A DNA stretch of 63,584 bases, filler included, from Stramenopiles sp. TOSAG23-2 (GCA_900128395.1; 15 parts of 15 records of this genome joined end to end with filler, not necessarily neighbours in it), one strand, 5' to 3'; counted from the whole stretch's first letter, positions 10,391-21,492 are shown. Notes: generated from the letters alone by a model not told the origin. Translations and numbers: made by a program.

Positions 10391-11629
10391 ATGAAAACTG
10401 CTTTTGTATTCTTAGCAATATTAGCCACTGCATATGCTGCATGTGATTCACCAACTGGAGGTAAGTTTAACACATTTCGAATAAAAGACCTCTCTTTCAT
10501 CTATTCCATTCCTTTCGACATTTGTATGATAGATGATCATGCGATTCAACTACATGACCTTCTCCCCCCCCCCTCCTTTCTACCATATGTGTGTGTGATA
10601 TGTTTGTATATAATACGATCGATCGATCCATACAAATTCATTTATATATGTAGTTGCTATATGTATATAGATAGATATGTATATTATAATATGCAAAGAT
10701 GATATTATATTTTTACACACATATATAGAGTGGTTCGTTTGATAAATGTATGACAACAACAAAGGAATATGCTACATATATAACTAATGAAACCAACGAA
10801 TGTTTCGTATTATATAGATCATATACATGCAACATAATTAGAAGCAATCGTTGTCGTCACAAAATGCACGCACACAACATACCATTCAACTTATATATAC
10901 ACACACACACACACTCATTCTTACATCAAATATAAATAAAAAAAAAAAAAAAACACAAACACTAACAACAAACCATGTATATATGTACACACAAAAACAG
11001 ACTGTGGTGAGAAAGGTGATTGCCACCCTAAATGCCAATGGAAATGTGATTCTCCAGTGTGCAACCAAGTATGCGAACCAATCTGTGAACAACCAAGATG
11101 CTCCACCAGATGCCAAGAGTTAGGCTGCAGTAAATGTGCAATCAAATGTGACAAACCACAATGTGAAGTACGTTGCCCAGTTAAACATTGCGAAAAAGGT
11201 GCATGCCCAAAATGCGATACAGTATGCAAAGAGCCACAATGCCACACCGAATGCACCAACCCAACACCAAAATGCGAAAGTGTATGCGAAGAACCATTAT
11301 GCGACTGGAAATGCCATCGCCCAGCAGATTGCCAAAAACCACGTTGTGCATTAGTATGTGAAAAATCCCCACACTGTCAACCACAGCCACCTAAAGCAGA
11401 TTGCTGCGCATGTGCAAAAGCTGAAGTTAAAACAGAAGAACCAAAAAAATGCTGTGGATGTGATGCTAAAAAAGAAGCATCCGCATCAGGCCCAGCAGGT
11501 AGCGCAGTAGGATGTGCAGCATACAATTTACAATGCTTAAGTAAATGCAAAGCAGAAAAAGATGCAACTGCATGTGAAGCAAATTGCGGTAAATTAATGG
11601 ACTTGTGCAAACAAAATGGTGGTAAATAA
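10391..11629 (+). CDS. Secreted cysteine-rich protein with CxxxC periodicity; two exons, join(10391..10460,11001..11629)
   Basis: Exon 1 is the signal peptide MKTAFVFLAILATAYAA. Donor GTAAGT at 10461, branch CTAAC at ~10962, acceptor CAG at 11000. The phase-1 splice joins in frame to DCGEKGDCHPKCQWKCDSPVCNQVC and the 11057 ORF. Confidence 0.88.
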
Positions 11630-12547
11630 ATGATATTTTGAGAATTTATGATAGGAAATATATAATAGTAAATATAATAATAATTAATAACAAATAAAAT
11701 AACATTTATTTATAGTAGAGAAGAGACGTGAAAATATGCGCGATGAGAAAGACGAGAGAACGACGACGAAGGGAGAACGAAGAAAAACCAAAGAGAATAT
11801 TGATTGTAGTAGATAAGAGAGAAACAGAAACAAAATGGGATGGTTGAAGGAAAGTGACGTGAATGAAGTGGGGCGGCAATAACGAAATATAAATATAATA
11901 AAAAAAACAAAAAACAATAAATGACTCCGGAGCGGATCATAATAATACAATTTCAAAAAATAATAAAGAGACAAGAAGAAAGATATATATATATATATGA
12001 TATACATATTTTGCTTTGTGAACGAGAGATAATAATACAAAGAGAAAAAAGAAAAAGAAATCATAACCTGTTTAATTTGTAATTTTACAAGGTAATGATG
12101 AGTATGCTTTTTTTCTGCGGTATTAAATAATTTTCAAAAAGACAAAAATCGAAATATGACATTAAATATATGTTACACCAGAGTGTGGAGTGTGTGTGTA
12201 AAATTGTACAGTACTGGAGAAGAGTGTGTGTGTGGTGTGTGGCGTGTCCGTGTACAATATAATATATAATATATAATTCTTTTTAATATTTAAATAAAAC
12301 ATAAGTTTCTCGCGTGTAAATAACAAACTCTCCTCTAGATTACATGATACATCGAAGATTTTCAAGATGGGATTTGTGGTATGCATATCATACATACGAA
12401 TCATAATATCATACGAAAATATGAAGGAGGGGGTATGAAATATATCATATGATATGTTGTCTTGTATTTAAATACATGTGCAATCATTAATCACTGAAAA
12501 TGATAATATACGGTGTGATAATAATTTACAATCTCTCGCTCTCTTAT

Positions 12548-13006
12548 TTAACCATGTTTTCCACCTTTTGAATGTATAAGATCAATGATCTTTTGTTTAA
12601 TTGGACTTTTATTATAATTATATGCCCAGTCCAGGGGAGTCCATCCCCCCCCGTCCTTCTTATTAATGCTATTAAGAGACATATTAGTTAATAAGAACTC
12701 AATCAACTTCGTATCCTTTTTATTATATGCTGCACAATGTAATGCATTCACTCCATAACTAGTTGCAATATTAGGATCAGCTTCACCTTGTTCAATCAAA
12801 TATGTAACTATTTTGAAATGTTCGTTCTTTGCAGCTGCCATTAAAGGTGTATATTCAATACCATAACTATCTTTACCGACTTGATTCATGTATTCTTTCA
12901 CTGTCATATATATCACATCCTCAAAACGTCCTTTTTCACATGCACATACTAATGGCGTACCGTCTGGAAATTCTTTTTTATAATTTTGAAATAATTGGTT
13001 ACTCAT
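12548..13006 (-). CDS. Short ankyrin-repeat protein, same family as the contig-1 ankyrins
   Basis: TPLVCACEKG, MTVKEYMNQVGK, TPLMAAA, YLIEQGEADPNI and TPLDWAY. High visible nucleotide similarity to 4390-4745. Confidence 0.85.
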   Translation of the reverse strand: MSNQLFQNYKKEFPDGTPLVCACEKGRFEDVIYMTVKEYMNQVGKDSYGIEYTPLMAAAKNEHFKIVTYLIEQGEADPNIATSYGVNALHCAAYNKKDTKLIEFLLTNMSLNSINKKDGGGWTPLDWAYNYNKSPIKQKIIDLIHSKGGKHG

Positions 13007-13557
13007 ATTTTATTTACAAACACGAATCAATAAAAATATAGTAATATTGTTTTTTAAGTATATGTAACAACAAGAGTTTAGCAATTTACACTAAATACTA
13101 ACTGTTATATCAAAGATAGCGTATGTTATATTGCTAAGACTCTGATATCGCGTCCGTTATGCTACTTAAAACTGATAATTGTTTTATATAATCTATCAAT
13201 AATTTTTCAAATTGTATAAATATATGAAAATTACTAATTGCTAATTTAACTAAATATTAAATTTTAATAATTATTATACAATATTAGTAATATAATATAT
13301 AATTAATAATGAGAGCCTCACAAATAAATAAATACACACACACACTACTTAACTTTGACTAAAGTATATGTACGTGATAAAATATTTAATATATGTATAG
13401 TTAAGTGGTGTGCTTGAATTGTTGTTTCTTTTTTCTCAAATCCAGCAACCCTCGCATCAATCTCTTCTTCTTTTTCCCCAACACAAAAGGTCTATATATT
13501 CATTTTTTTTTCTTGTTGCACTCCTCCTCCTTTTTTGTTTTTTTTTTTTTATCCCCG

Positions 13558-14377
13558 ATAAGATATAAATTTGGACACTCGGACCCATGCTGTGTCTATG
13601 CTATTTTTTTGCTGGTGGGATTAAGCCCACATAGCACTGATTTTTGAGTAAAGTACAAATATTTGTTATACTAAATAATATATATTGCCTATCAAATACC
13701 GATAAAACCATAAATAATATGTTAAATTTTGATGTTGTGTATATCAATCCTATTCCCATGCTATTTGAAAATGGTACATCTACACATACATGTGTATAAA
13801 ACATGTATATGATCAATATTTAGATCAATAAAACGCATCAGATATCATGCGTTTGATACATATAAACATTATTGAGTGATTATTTTGTTTATTATATGTA
13901 TATATTTATCAAACGCATACTCACTTTGACAAATACAATTAGCATATAAATAGCACTATTGTATTAGTATGGCAATAGCATTATATATCACGTATATTGA
14001 GTATTCTACTTTTAATTTTATAAAGAAGGTGGTGTATGCAATTCAAACATTAAAACATTACCGAACATATTTATATATAGCTAAATATGATATTCGACGC
14101 GTTTTATTGATCTAAATACTGATCATATACATGTTTTATACACATGTATGTGTAGATGTACCATTTTCAAATAACATGGGAATAGCATTGATATACACAA
14201 CATCAAAATTTAACATATTATTTATGGTTTTATCGGTATTTGATAGGCAATATATATTATTTAGTATAACAAATATTTGTACTTTACTCAAAAATCAGTG
14301 CTATGTGGGCTTAATCCCGCCAGCAAAAAAATAGCATAGACACAGCATGGGCCCGAGTGTCCAAATTTATATCTTAT
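13558..14377. mobile_element. Foldback/MITE-like element with ~279-bp inverted arms (13558-13836 / 14099-14377)
   Basis: The arms are reverse complements with scattered mismatches, which explains the mirror ORFs 13601-13816(-) and 14131-14334(+). TA lies at or near both termini. Confidence 0.75.
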
Positions 14378-14475
14378 TGTAATCTACATGTAGGTCCTAG
14401 ACTTTTAATCTTATTGGGTACGAAGAACTTTTCGGGTCAACAAAGGGGCCGACAAAAAGAAGGACGTGTGTAAAA

Positions 14476-14753
14476 CCTTGTAAATGAGAAGGATTGTTAG
14501 TGCATTTCAAAATGGAAGTTAATTTAAGTACTGATTTAGTATACTAATATATGTATATTTGATAGAGAGGTATTGGATATTACAAAAAATCCAAAAACAG
14601 CCAATAGTTATTTTGATGAATAAACTAAGAATTTCCGATTGTTTTGTAATATCCAATACCTCTCTATCAAATATACATAAATTAGTATACTAAATTAGTA
14701 CTTAAATTAACTGCCATTTTGAAATCCACTAACAATCCTGATCATTTACAAGG
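14476..14753. mobile_element. Smaller diverged foldback element (~110-bp arms, 14476-~14586 / ~14642-14753)
   Basis: CCTTGTAAATGA...GAGAGGTATTGGATATTACAAAA pairs with TTTTGTAATATCCAATACCTCTC...TCATTTACAAGG, with several mismatches. Confidence 0.7.
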
Positions 14754-15025
14754 GAAAGAGAAGAGATACAAAAATTTGTACAAAGCATATGATGTAAAAT
14801 ATATAAATTTTTAAAATATCCATCTCCTTCTCTCTTTTAGATTCTTCTCCACATCGAATTCATAAACTCCCATGTATGCTTTTCAAAACAAATAAAATCG
14901 ACTTGGATCAAACATATATATTTCANNNNNNNNNNNNNNNNNNNNNNNNNNNNNNNNNNNNNNNNNNNNTTAATTAATTAANNNNNNNNNNNNNNNNNNN
15001 NNNNNNNNNNNNNNNNNNNNNNNNN

Positions 15026-15403
15026 GTTTCTCTTCGCTTTTCATTGAACTTTCCACTGACGAGGTACGGGGACCTCTTTCTTCTCTTACTCTGTTCGTAG
15101 TTACTCGTACTCTCTTTCGGGTTTTTGTAGTAATTCTCTCATCACCACCTCTTGAATACCTGCTTGTATCAGTTGACCGGGATAGTCTACGTCTATGTCC
15201 ATAATCATGCTGCTCTAAACGCCGATAAGCTGCATCGGTTGAAGGGATTGTTCTTGTGCTGTGCTGGCGAGTCATTTTCAAACCCCCATCCGCTGCTGGG
15301 GTCTTGTCAAAACTAACGTAACCAAGTGAAGATGGTTTAGTTGTAGCGGCTTCCAAATTCGAACCAATATCAATGAGCGCATCAACAACATGATCAACGT
15401 GCT
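15026..15403 (-). CDS. Internal exon of an unknown protein (RRL/HRRRLS motifs), running off the contig end
   Basis: On the minus strand a polypyrimidine tract plus CACAG acceptor ends at 15404. It is followed by the open frame HVDHVVDALIDIG...YRRLEQHDYGHRRRLSRS. Confidence 0.5.
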
Positions 15404-15421
15404 CTGTGGCAAGTAAGAAAA

Positions 15422-18400
15422 ATGGAAAAAAAAAAAGGGAAAAAAAGAAGAAAGTTACAAAAGCTTGATTACAACCATCGTCGCCGCCAGTTATCCATGG
15501 CGACACCGCCCCCAATGTATGAAGATGATATGCATGCAGAAATTGAGAGCTACACATGTTCCCACAACATACGAGATAGAATGTGCTTTGACTTGGAAAG
15601 AGATGCCAATGGTAAATTAACTGCCGCATTTGGGGACGTTGAAAATGGCGAGTTTCGTTTATTTTTTGAATTAGCTGATCCATCACAATCAAAAATTTGT
15701 TTGAGTATCGACGATTGTGGGGTTGTTATATTAGACCCCGTATTTTTGACCGGACAAGCTACGTTTCCAACCAAGGTTGCAAAACGTTTGGCAAACGATT
15801 GCCTTGATGCAACTGGCGACGCCATGATGTGCTGTCCTGGAACAGGTACAATGATAAGAGATATTGCACGATCAAATGGTAAAAATGAATTCTTTGTATG
15901 TGATATGTCAACAATTAATTTGGATGGTTTAAAATCCCCTATTTTTGACGTTGACGTAACCGTTCGAGAAGATACAAATTCAAATTCAACGGTAATCGAA
16001 ATCAGCGATATGGGCCATCCGCCTATGCATTTTACTAATGGCATGTCTATAGATTTTCATTTTATGCAGGAATTCTATCCAACGTATGAAACAGCTAATA
16101 AATTTTGTGCAGGATTTGATGTCTCCTCGATGTTGTCATCGTTTGAACCAAATTGCCCAGAGTGCTCCATGTGTGAAAATGATGGGACAGACAGCATATG
16201 CATGAAACATGCTAATGATGCTTTGGGATGCCTATATGAACTCGAAGCAAATTGCCAATTTAATAACTTAACAATGGAATGCCATAGTCTTCCAGGAGAC
16301 GACAATTTACCAAAAACAGTTTCCAACGATCCGCTACCGTGTGGCGCTGGACAAGCATATTGTGGAAACACGCGCACAGGTGAACCAATGTGTGTCGGGG
16401 AAATGCAAGGGAAATGCATGAACTGCATCGATACGTCCATAGTTGATGACTCTCGTTGGGGAAAAAGGTGTAGTACTCCATCAGGACCTATGTGCGCAAA
16501 CCAAGGAATGTTTTTTTGCCACGAAACGCACCAATGCGTTGCAAACTGTGGTTACGAATGCCAACATAATGGAAACAAGACTGGAATACATGGGGTTGGT
16601 GTAACAAATGCACCCATACTCCTTGGAGATCCCAAGACACATGTTTGCCAGATTCCAAACCCAAACGTTTGCCACAGGCTTGGCCAAACGTTTTGTGAAA
16701 TCACGCAGAATTGTGTCGATAATTGCGATGCTTATGCATGTGGACAAAATGCGGATGGAACGAGTTTCCATCAAACCGTAGAAAGACGTGCAGATGAAGG
16801 TGTAAAATTTCATTCTGAAAGCAATTATTTCTTCCAAGGCAATGCAACTACGTGCAAAGGTGTTGATGCTGCAATTTGCAAAAGCGAAGGCAAAAAATTT
16901 TGCGAGAAAAGCTTTTGGGATAGTAGGACTATGTGTGTTGACAACTGCAACGCATGTCTCGAGTACCCTGCCACGAAGGCTGATGGAACGTGTGTCAAAC
17001 CATCAAAACTTGGAAATACTGAATATTATTGCCCAGCAAATGGTACTACGGGCTCGGATTGTGCAACGTGTAGAGTGAATGACCCAATGATCGCACCATA
17101 CAACCAACCGGATTCTGGAAATCATACTTGCTACCAAGATCCAACGTTTCAAAAACCAGGGCAGTACCGTTGCTCCATTCAAACCGGTAAATTGAGCATT
17201 GAACGTGACGTAACGAGCTGTGCAATGGAGTGTCACGGCTATGACGTTGATTCCAACAATCATTATGAGAAAAAAGTTCACAAAGATACTCCTGGGGCAA
17301 GTCCGCAACGAACGTGCGAACAGGCTGACAAACAGAGTTGTGTAGCGAACGGTATGGTATGGTGCCCAAATGACCAAACGGCAATGGAGAATGGAGATAA
17401 AAGTGGTGAATGTACAATGTCTTGCTTCAACTGCTACAAACCTGTACGAATGGACGATGTTGCTAACATGCATACCTACCCAGAAATTGGCCACATGCCA
17501 CTTCCTGTAAATAATTCAAACACATGCACGGAACAAAAGGATATGAGGCAAGAGTGTAAAAACAACAATGGTTACTGGTGCGAAGGGTCGCAAATGTGCT
17601 CTACCGATTGTTCCGATTGCGAAGATACGGTAGAAGAATGGGACTGGACAAACGGATGGGTAACAAAAACGGAACAATTTATTATTAGAAACGAGCAGGA
17701 GGGAACGTGTGACCTGGGGTGTCCGTCTGTAGATCGCAGTGTAACGTATTCTTACTGGTGGGGGACCGATGGGCCTCGGATGGAGAGTTCCCAAAGTATT
17801 TACTGCCCATTAACAAAAAAATGTATTGTTCCAGACGGGTATGGCTCTGCCGATGGTGTAGTTATAGATGGTGATAACATGTACGGTGGAAGTATGAACG
17901 GTAATACAGACACTTCGTGCAGTGAATGTGGTGCATTTACCATGCGAGGATACACTGCTCAGGGCAACAGTGTTTGCAAAGCGGTGACTAAAGAAACCTG
18001 CAAGAATGAAGGACAACGGTTTTGCCCAACAACACACAAGTGTATATCTCCAAATGAGTGCGCAGACAAGTGTCCAGGTATGCCGTTTGATCCCCCTCAC
18101 GGGCCATCTCACGAACAATATGATGCCAGTAGCTGTATGGAAATTAAAGCGAATGTTACTGAAAAATGTACCAATACATTATATAATGGCGATTGGGAAT
18201 ATCCAAAAAGAAGCCTGCTTTACTGCAAAGATACGTGGAGCACTTACTGCACAGAGACGTGCGATTGGTGCAACAAATGGACAGAGGATTGGACTGAAAT
18301 AAAATCAGCAAATGATGGTTCAGGTTTTTGCTCTTTCCAAGGTGTAGTAACCACACACGATGAGCCTATGGATGATTACATACCAGAATATAACCACACT

Positions 18401-18880
18401 GTTACCGTGGAAGAAGATGGTACAGAAACAGAAATGTGGATCGAAGAACCACAAAACTTTAGCACCTATGAGGATACATCGTACACCGAAGTTATTGATC
18501 CATGGTGCCCATCTAGTATGTCCAGTGTTCTATATTGCGATGAATGTGGAGCAACCACGGATATGTACTATAATTGGGTGGGATCCTCAATGATTAAAGA
18601 TAGTTCAGGCACAACGTGCGTATGGCCAGAGAACGTGTACGGGTGCACTGACCCAAATGCGACCAACTACGATCCACACGCGACAGCGTTGAGCGAAGAT
18701 ATGGGCGAAACGTGCCCAACCGCAACGGATATGGATTATTGCTACACTTGTAGCTACGCAAGTTACAACAACACGGCGGGCTACTCGATGCCAGAAGGTA
18801 CCCTTGACATCTATGGGATGGAAATGAATTTTTCAAAACCAGATCCAGCAATGTACAACTATTCGTACATGCAACCATAA
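15422..18880 (+). CDS. Large extracellular-type cysteine-rich repeat protein, probably lacking its true 5' end
   Basis: 1152-aa ORF with many C..G..[F/W]C..T..CV.NC..C-type modules, HRRRQLS near the start and a C-terminal GCTDPNATNYDP motif. No signal peptide is visible. Confidence 0.8.
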   Translation: MEKKKGKKRRKLQKLDYNHRRRQLSMATPPPMYEDDMHAEIESYTCSHNIRDRMCFDLERDANGKLTAAFGDVENGEFRLFFELADPSQSKICLSIDDCGVVILDPVFLTGQATFPTKVAKRLANDCLDATGDAMMCCPGTGTMIRDIARSNGKNEFFVCDMSTINLDGLKSPIFDVDVTVREDTNSNSTVIEISDMGHPPMHFTNGMSIDFHFMQEFYPTYETANKFCAGFDVSSMLSSFEPNCPECSMCENDGTDSICMKHANDALGCLYELEANCQFNNLTMECHSLPGDDNLPKTVSNDPLPCGAGQAYCGNTRTGEPMCVGEMQGKCMNCIDTSIVDDSRWGKRCSTPSGPMCANQGMFFCHETHQCVANCGYECQHNGNKTGIHGVGVTNAPILLGDPKTHVCQIPNPNVCHRLGQTFCEITQNCVDNCDAYACGQNADGTSFHQTVERRADEGVKFHSESNYFFQGNATTCKGVDAAICKSEGKKFCEKSFWDSRTMCVDNCNACLEYPATKADGTCVKPSKLGNTEYYCPANGTTGSDCATCRVNDPMIAPYNQPDSGNHTCYQDPTFQKPGQYRCSIQTGKLSIERDVTSCAMECHGYDVDSNNHYEKKVHKDTPGASPQRTCEQADKQSCVANGMVWCPNDQTAMENGDKSGECTMSCFNCYKPVRMDDVANMHTYPEIGHMPLPVNNSNTCTEQKDMRQECKNNNGYWCEGSQMCSTDCSDCEDTVEEWDWTNGWVTKTEQFIIRNEQEGTCDLGCPSVDRSVTYSYWWGTDGPRMESSQSIYCPLTKKCIVPDGYGSADGVVIDGDNMYGGSMNGNTDTSCSECGAFTMRGYTAQGNSVCKAVTKETCKNEGQRFCPTTHKCISPNECADKCPGMPFDPPHGPSHEQYDASSCMEIKANVTEKCTNTLYNGDWEYPKRSLLYCKDTWSTYCTETCDWCNKWTEDWTEIKSANDGSGFCSFQGVVTTHDEPMDDYIPEYNHTVTVEEDGTETEMWIEEPQNFSTYEDTSYTEVIDPWCPSSMSSVLYCDECGATTDMYYNWVGSSMIKDSSGTTCVWPENVYGCTDPNATNYDPHATALSEDMGETCPTATDMDYCYTCSYASYNNTAGYSMPEGTLDIYGMEMNFSKPDPAMYNYSYMQP

Positions 18881-20030
18881 AGGCTAAAGATATACAGACA
18901 ATGTGGGCTCTTTCATTTTAAACTGATTGACGACCATTTTATCAATATCAATATCATATCACATCATATATGCATACCATATATATATAATTATATATTA
19001 TTATATAATACTAGTAGTAAGAGTGCCAACAAGACGTACATACGAAGTAGTATTTAATATGTGGTATGTGTGGAGACAGAATTCATATATGTATATTTAT
19101 TCACACCACACATTCACATAAATAATATGCATATCATATTAGTGTATGATACGAATTTCATATCATACATTATTTTAATCTTTTTACGAATTCGTAAAAA
19201 ATAATAAATTTTTCATTTTCACATCATATCATATTGTAAAATCATTAGTGTACATTCTTAAAATATTTTTCTCCCTACGCGTGATAAAGTTCATATTCTC
19301 CCAAAAAAGAAAAGTAAATCACACTTCACACTTCAGTGTTGCCCCTGGTATTTAGGCTGGTCAATATGCGGCCGAGAGTTTATATATGCATTTAACTAAT
19401 GTTTGGAAAACCTATGGACTGTTCACATCACTTTCATCGAGAGTGTTATGCTGGATTCAGACCTGCTTGCGCTTATCCCCGTTAGTATTAGTTTGGCAAC
19501 TGCCTTGCGGCGGCGCAGAGAGTTTTAAAAATAGTCGGGAGTAATTATATTAATAACATCAAGTATAAATATGATAAACAGAAAAGTGCAAAACATGGCA
19601 GAAAAAACACAATTTTCACGTGTAAAATGTTGAAAGGCCTGTGCCAATGCTATTTCCATATAAATATTAAAAACACTTCATATGGAGAATTGTTTGTCAT
19701 TACTACTATATACTAGTACTATAGAAAATAACAAAAAATCTATATATTTCCAATTTCAACGTGCCAACTGGCCAACAACAACAACCGTTATTATTATTAT
19801 TTTTTTTGTTGTTGTCCAATGTTGCATGCCCTAAGGCATGCCAATGTCCAATATTATATTTTAATTATTATTGGCATTGCTTATTATTTATTGAGAATAT
19901 AATAACATGTTCTTCAAGGAAACAACAGATNNNNNNNNNNNNNNNNNNNNNNNNNNNNNNNNNNNNNNNNNNNNTTAATTAATTAANNNNNNNNNNNNNN
20001 NNNNNNNNNNNNNNNNNNNNNNNNNNNNNN

Positions 20031-20100
20031 TAAATAAATAATATAAAATAAAATAAATAAATAATAATAAATAAATAATAATAAATAATAATAATAAATA
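20031..20100. repeat. AT-rich (AAAT/AAT)n simple repeat at contig start
   Basis: Direct inspection. Confidence 0.8.
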
Positions 20101-20271
20101 AAAATTTAAATTTAATAAAATTATTATAATATATTATTACAGTCGATCGACTTATTCACTATGAGCGAAATATTAGCAAAACCAACAACGACATTTGCGT
20201 CACGCTGTTTTTGAGCTAAATACCTTATTTCGCTATCATTGTATGTCCATGCTCAACATTTTGCGCTCCAA

Positions 20272-20985
20272 TTATTGTACCAAAGTGATTACCGCAACAA
20301 ACACAAACATTATTGCATTGAAAGCACTTGACTGTGGTGAAGCTGAAAGCGCAACGCCTTTTTTTGCTTGTTTTGAGTATAATATTGAAGATGTTGATGA
20401 TTTATTTATACATTCGTTCAAATTATATTCAAATCTTACATTAGCCGTTCCAGTGCAATCATTTGTAGTACTATAAATTTCTTGGTAAAAGACTTTTGTG
20501 TTCCAAGACCATATCCCACTACTAGTACTACTAGTGGTTACGCATGTGTCTTTCCAGGAAGCATCGTATATTTTTTCAGGTAGGTAAATATCACTCGGAC
20601 TTACACACTTATTCGAGGCAGAATAACTTATTATGGATACACCTTCGGCTTTCGCTTTTGCAACTTCCGCGTCTGTAAATACAACGACTTCACTGCCAAC
20701 ATAAGTACCCTCGGTACATTTCAAATCCACGTATGATGTGGACGCCGTTCCAGTGCAATCAGTTGTTGTATAGGTAGATCTGGTAGCTTTCTTATCTGCA
20801 ATTGTCCAATATTGCGACTCAGTAGTCCCAAACTTATAACATATGTTCAATGGTTGACCAACCCTCATTTGTGCTATCCCTTGACACTTCCCCCCTGAAG
20901 TGATATAAGTTTTCGTGCCAAGAAAGTCAGAACATACGGCTGAAGTGCAGAGTAGTAATATTAAAATTCCACAAACTGTTTTCAT
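20272..20985 (-). CDS. Secreted, probably GPI-anchored Thr/Cys-rich surface protein
   Basis: The likely start is Met32 of the ORF, giving the signal peptide MKTVCGILILLLCTSAVCS. It has a two-fold internal repeat (YTTTDCTGTA / YSTTNDCTGTA). The C-terminus has small residues followed by a hydrophobic tail, SASPQSSAFNAIMFVFVAVITLVQ. Confidence 0.8.
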   Translation of the reverse strand: MKTVCGILILLLCTSAVCSDFLGTKTYITSGGKCQGIAQMRVGQPLNICYKFGTTESQYWTIADKKATRSTYTTTDCTGTASTSYVDLKCTEGTYVGSEVVVFTDAEVAKAKAEGVSIISYSASNKCVSPSDIYLPEKIYDASWKDTCVTTSSTSSGIWSWNTKVFYQEIYSTTNDCTGTANVRFEYNLNECINKSSTSSILYSKQAKKGVALSASPQSSAFNAIMFVFVAVITLVQ

Positions 20986-21224
20986 TTTATTCAGTAGTAA
21001 AAAATTTCGTTTATTTTTTGTTTTTTCTAAAGCGTGGCGCTTGGCGGGCGATGTAGATGGTGCGTGTGCATCCTTCATTGATTGTTCATATATACATGTT
21101 TACATGTATACATTTAATTATTATTATTACAAATAAGAAGAAATGGATTAATGCCATTCAATTGATTGGACCGAAGTACTTATATACTACCAAGTATACA
21201 TACATTCAATAACTTTGACACTAT

Positions 21225-21417
21225 CACTAGAATTGGTGTAATTTTGCCAAGTGTACTTGGTTTTTGTATAAAAAATGATAGGGAAAAAAATTCACCAATT
21301 CTAGTGACAGTCCCATGGCCATAGCATTACGCGTTCCTTAGCAAGAAACATGAACTTTTTGATGTAACGTGCAAAAATTACACCAATTCTAGTGGTAATA
21401 CCACTAGAATTGGGGTG
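21225..21417. promoter_or_regulatory. Four copies of CACTAGAATTGG(TG) in both orientations upstream of the GPI-protein gene
   Basis: Forward at ~21225 and ~21402, reverse at ~21294-21307 and ~21380-21394. Function is not established. Confidence 0.4.
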
Positions 21418-21492
21418 TCGTGAGCGGTATATCATATTTTTTTATTCGTGACTTAAAGTAATAATGAGCCATAATATAATAAGCCATAATAA

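Noticed and set aside
13601-14334. Apparent duplicated genes MFYTHVCVDVPFSN... on opposite strands
   Set aside because: Same cause: they are the arms of a foldback element.
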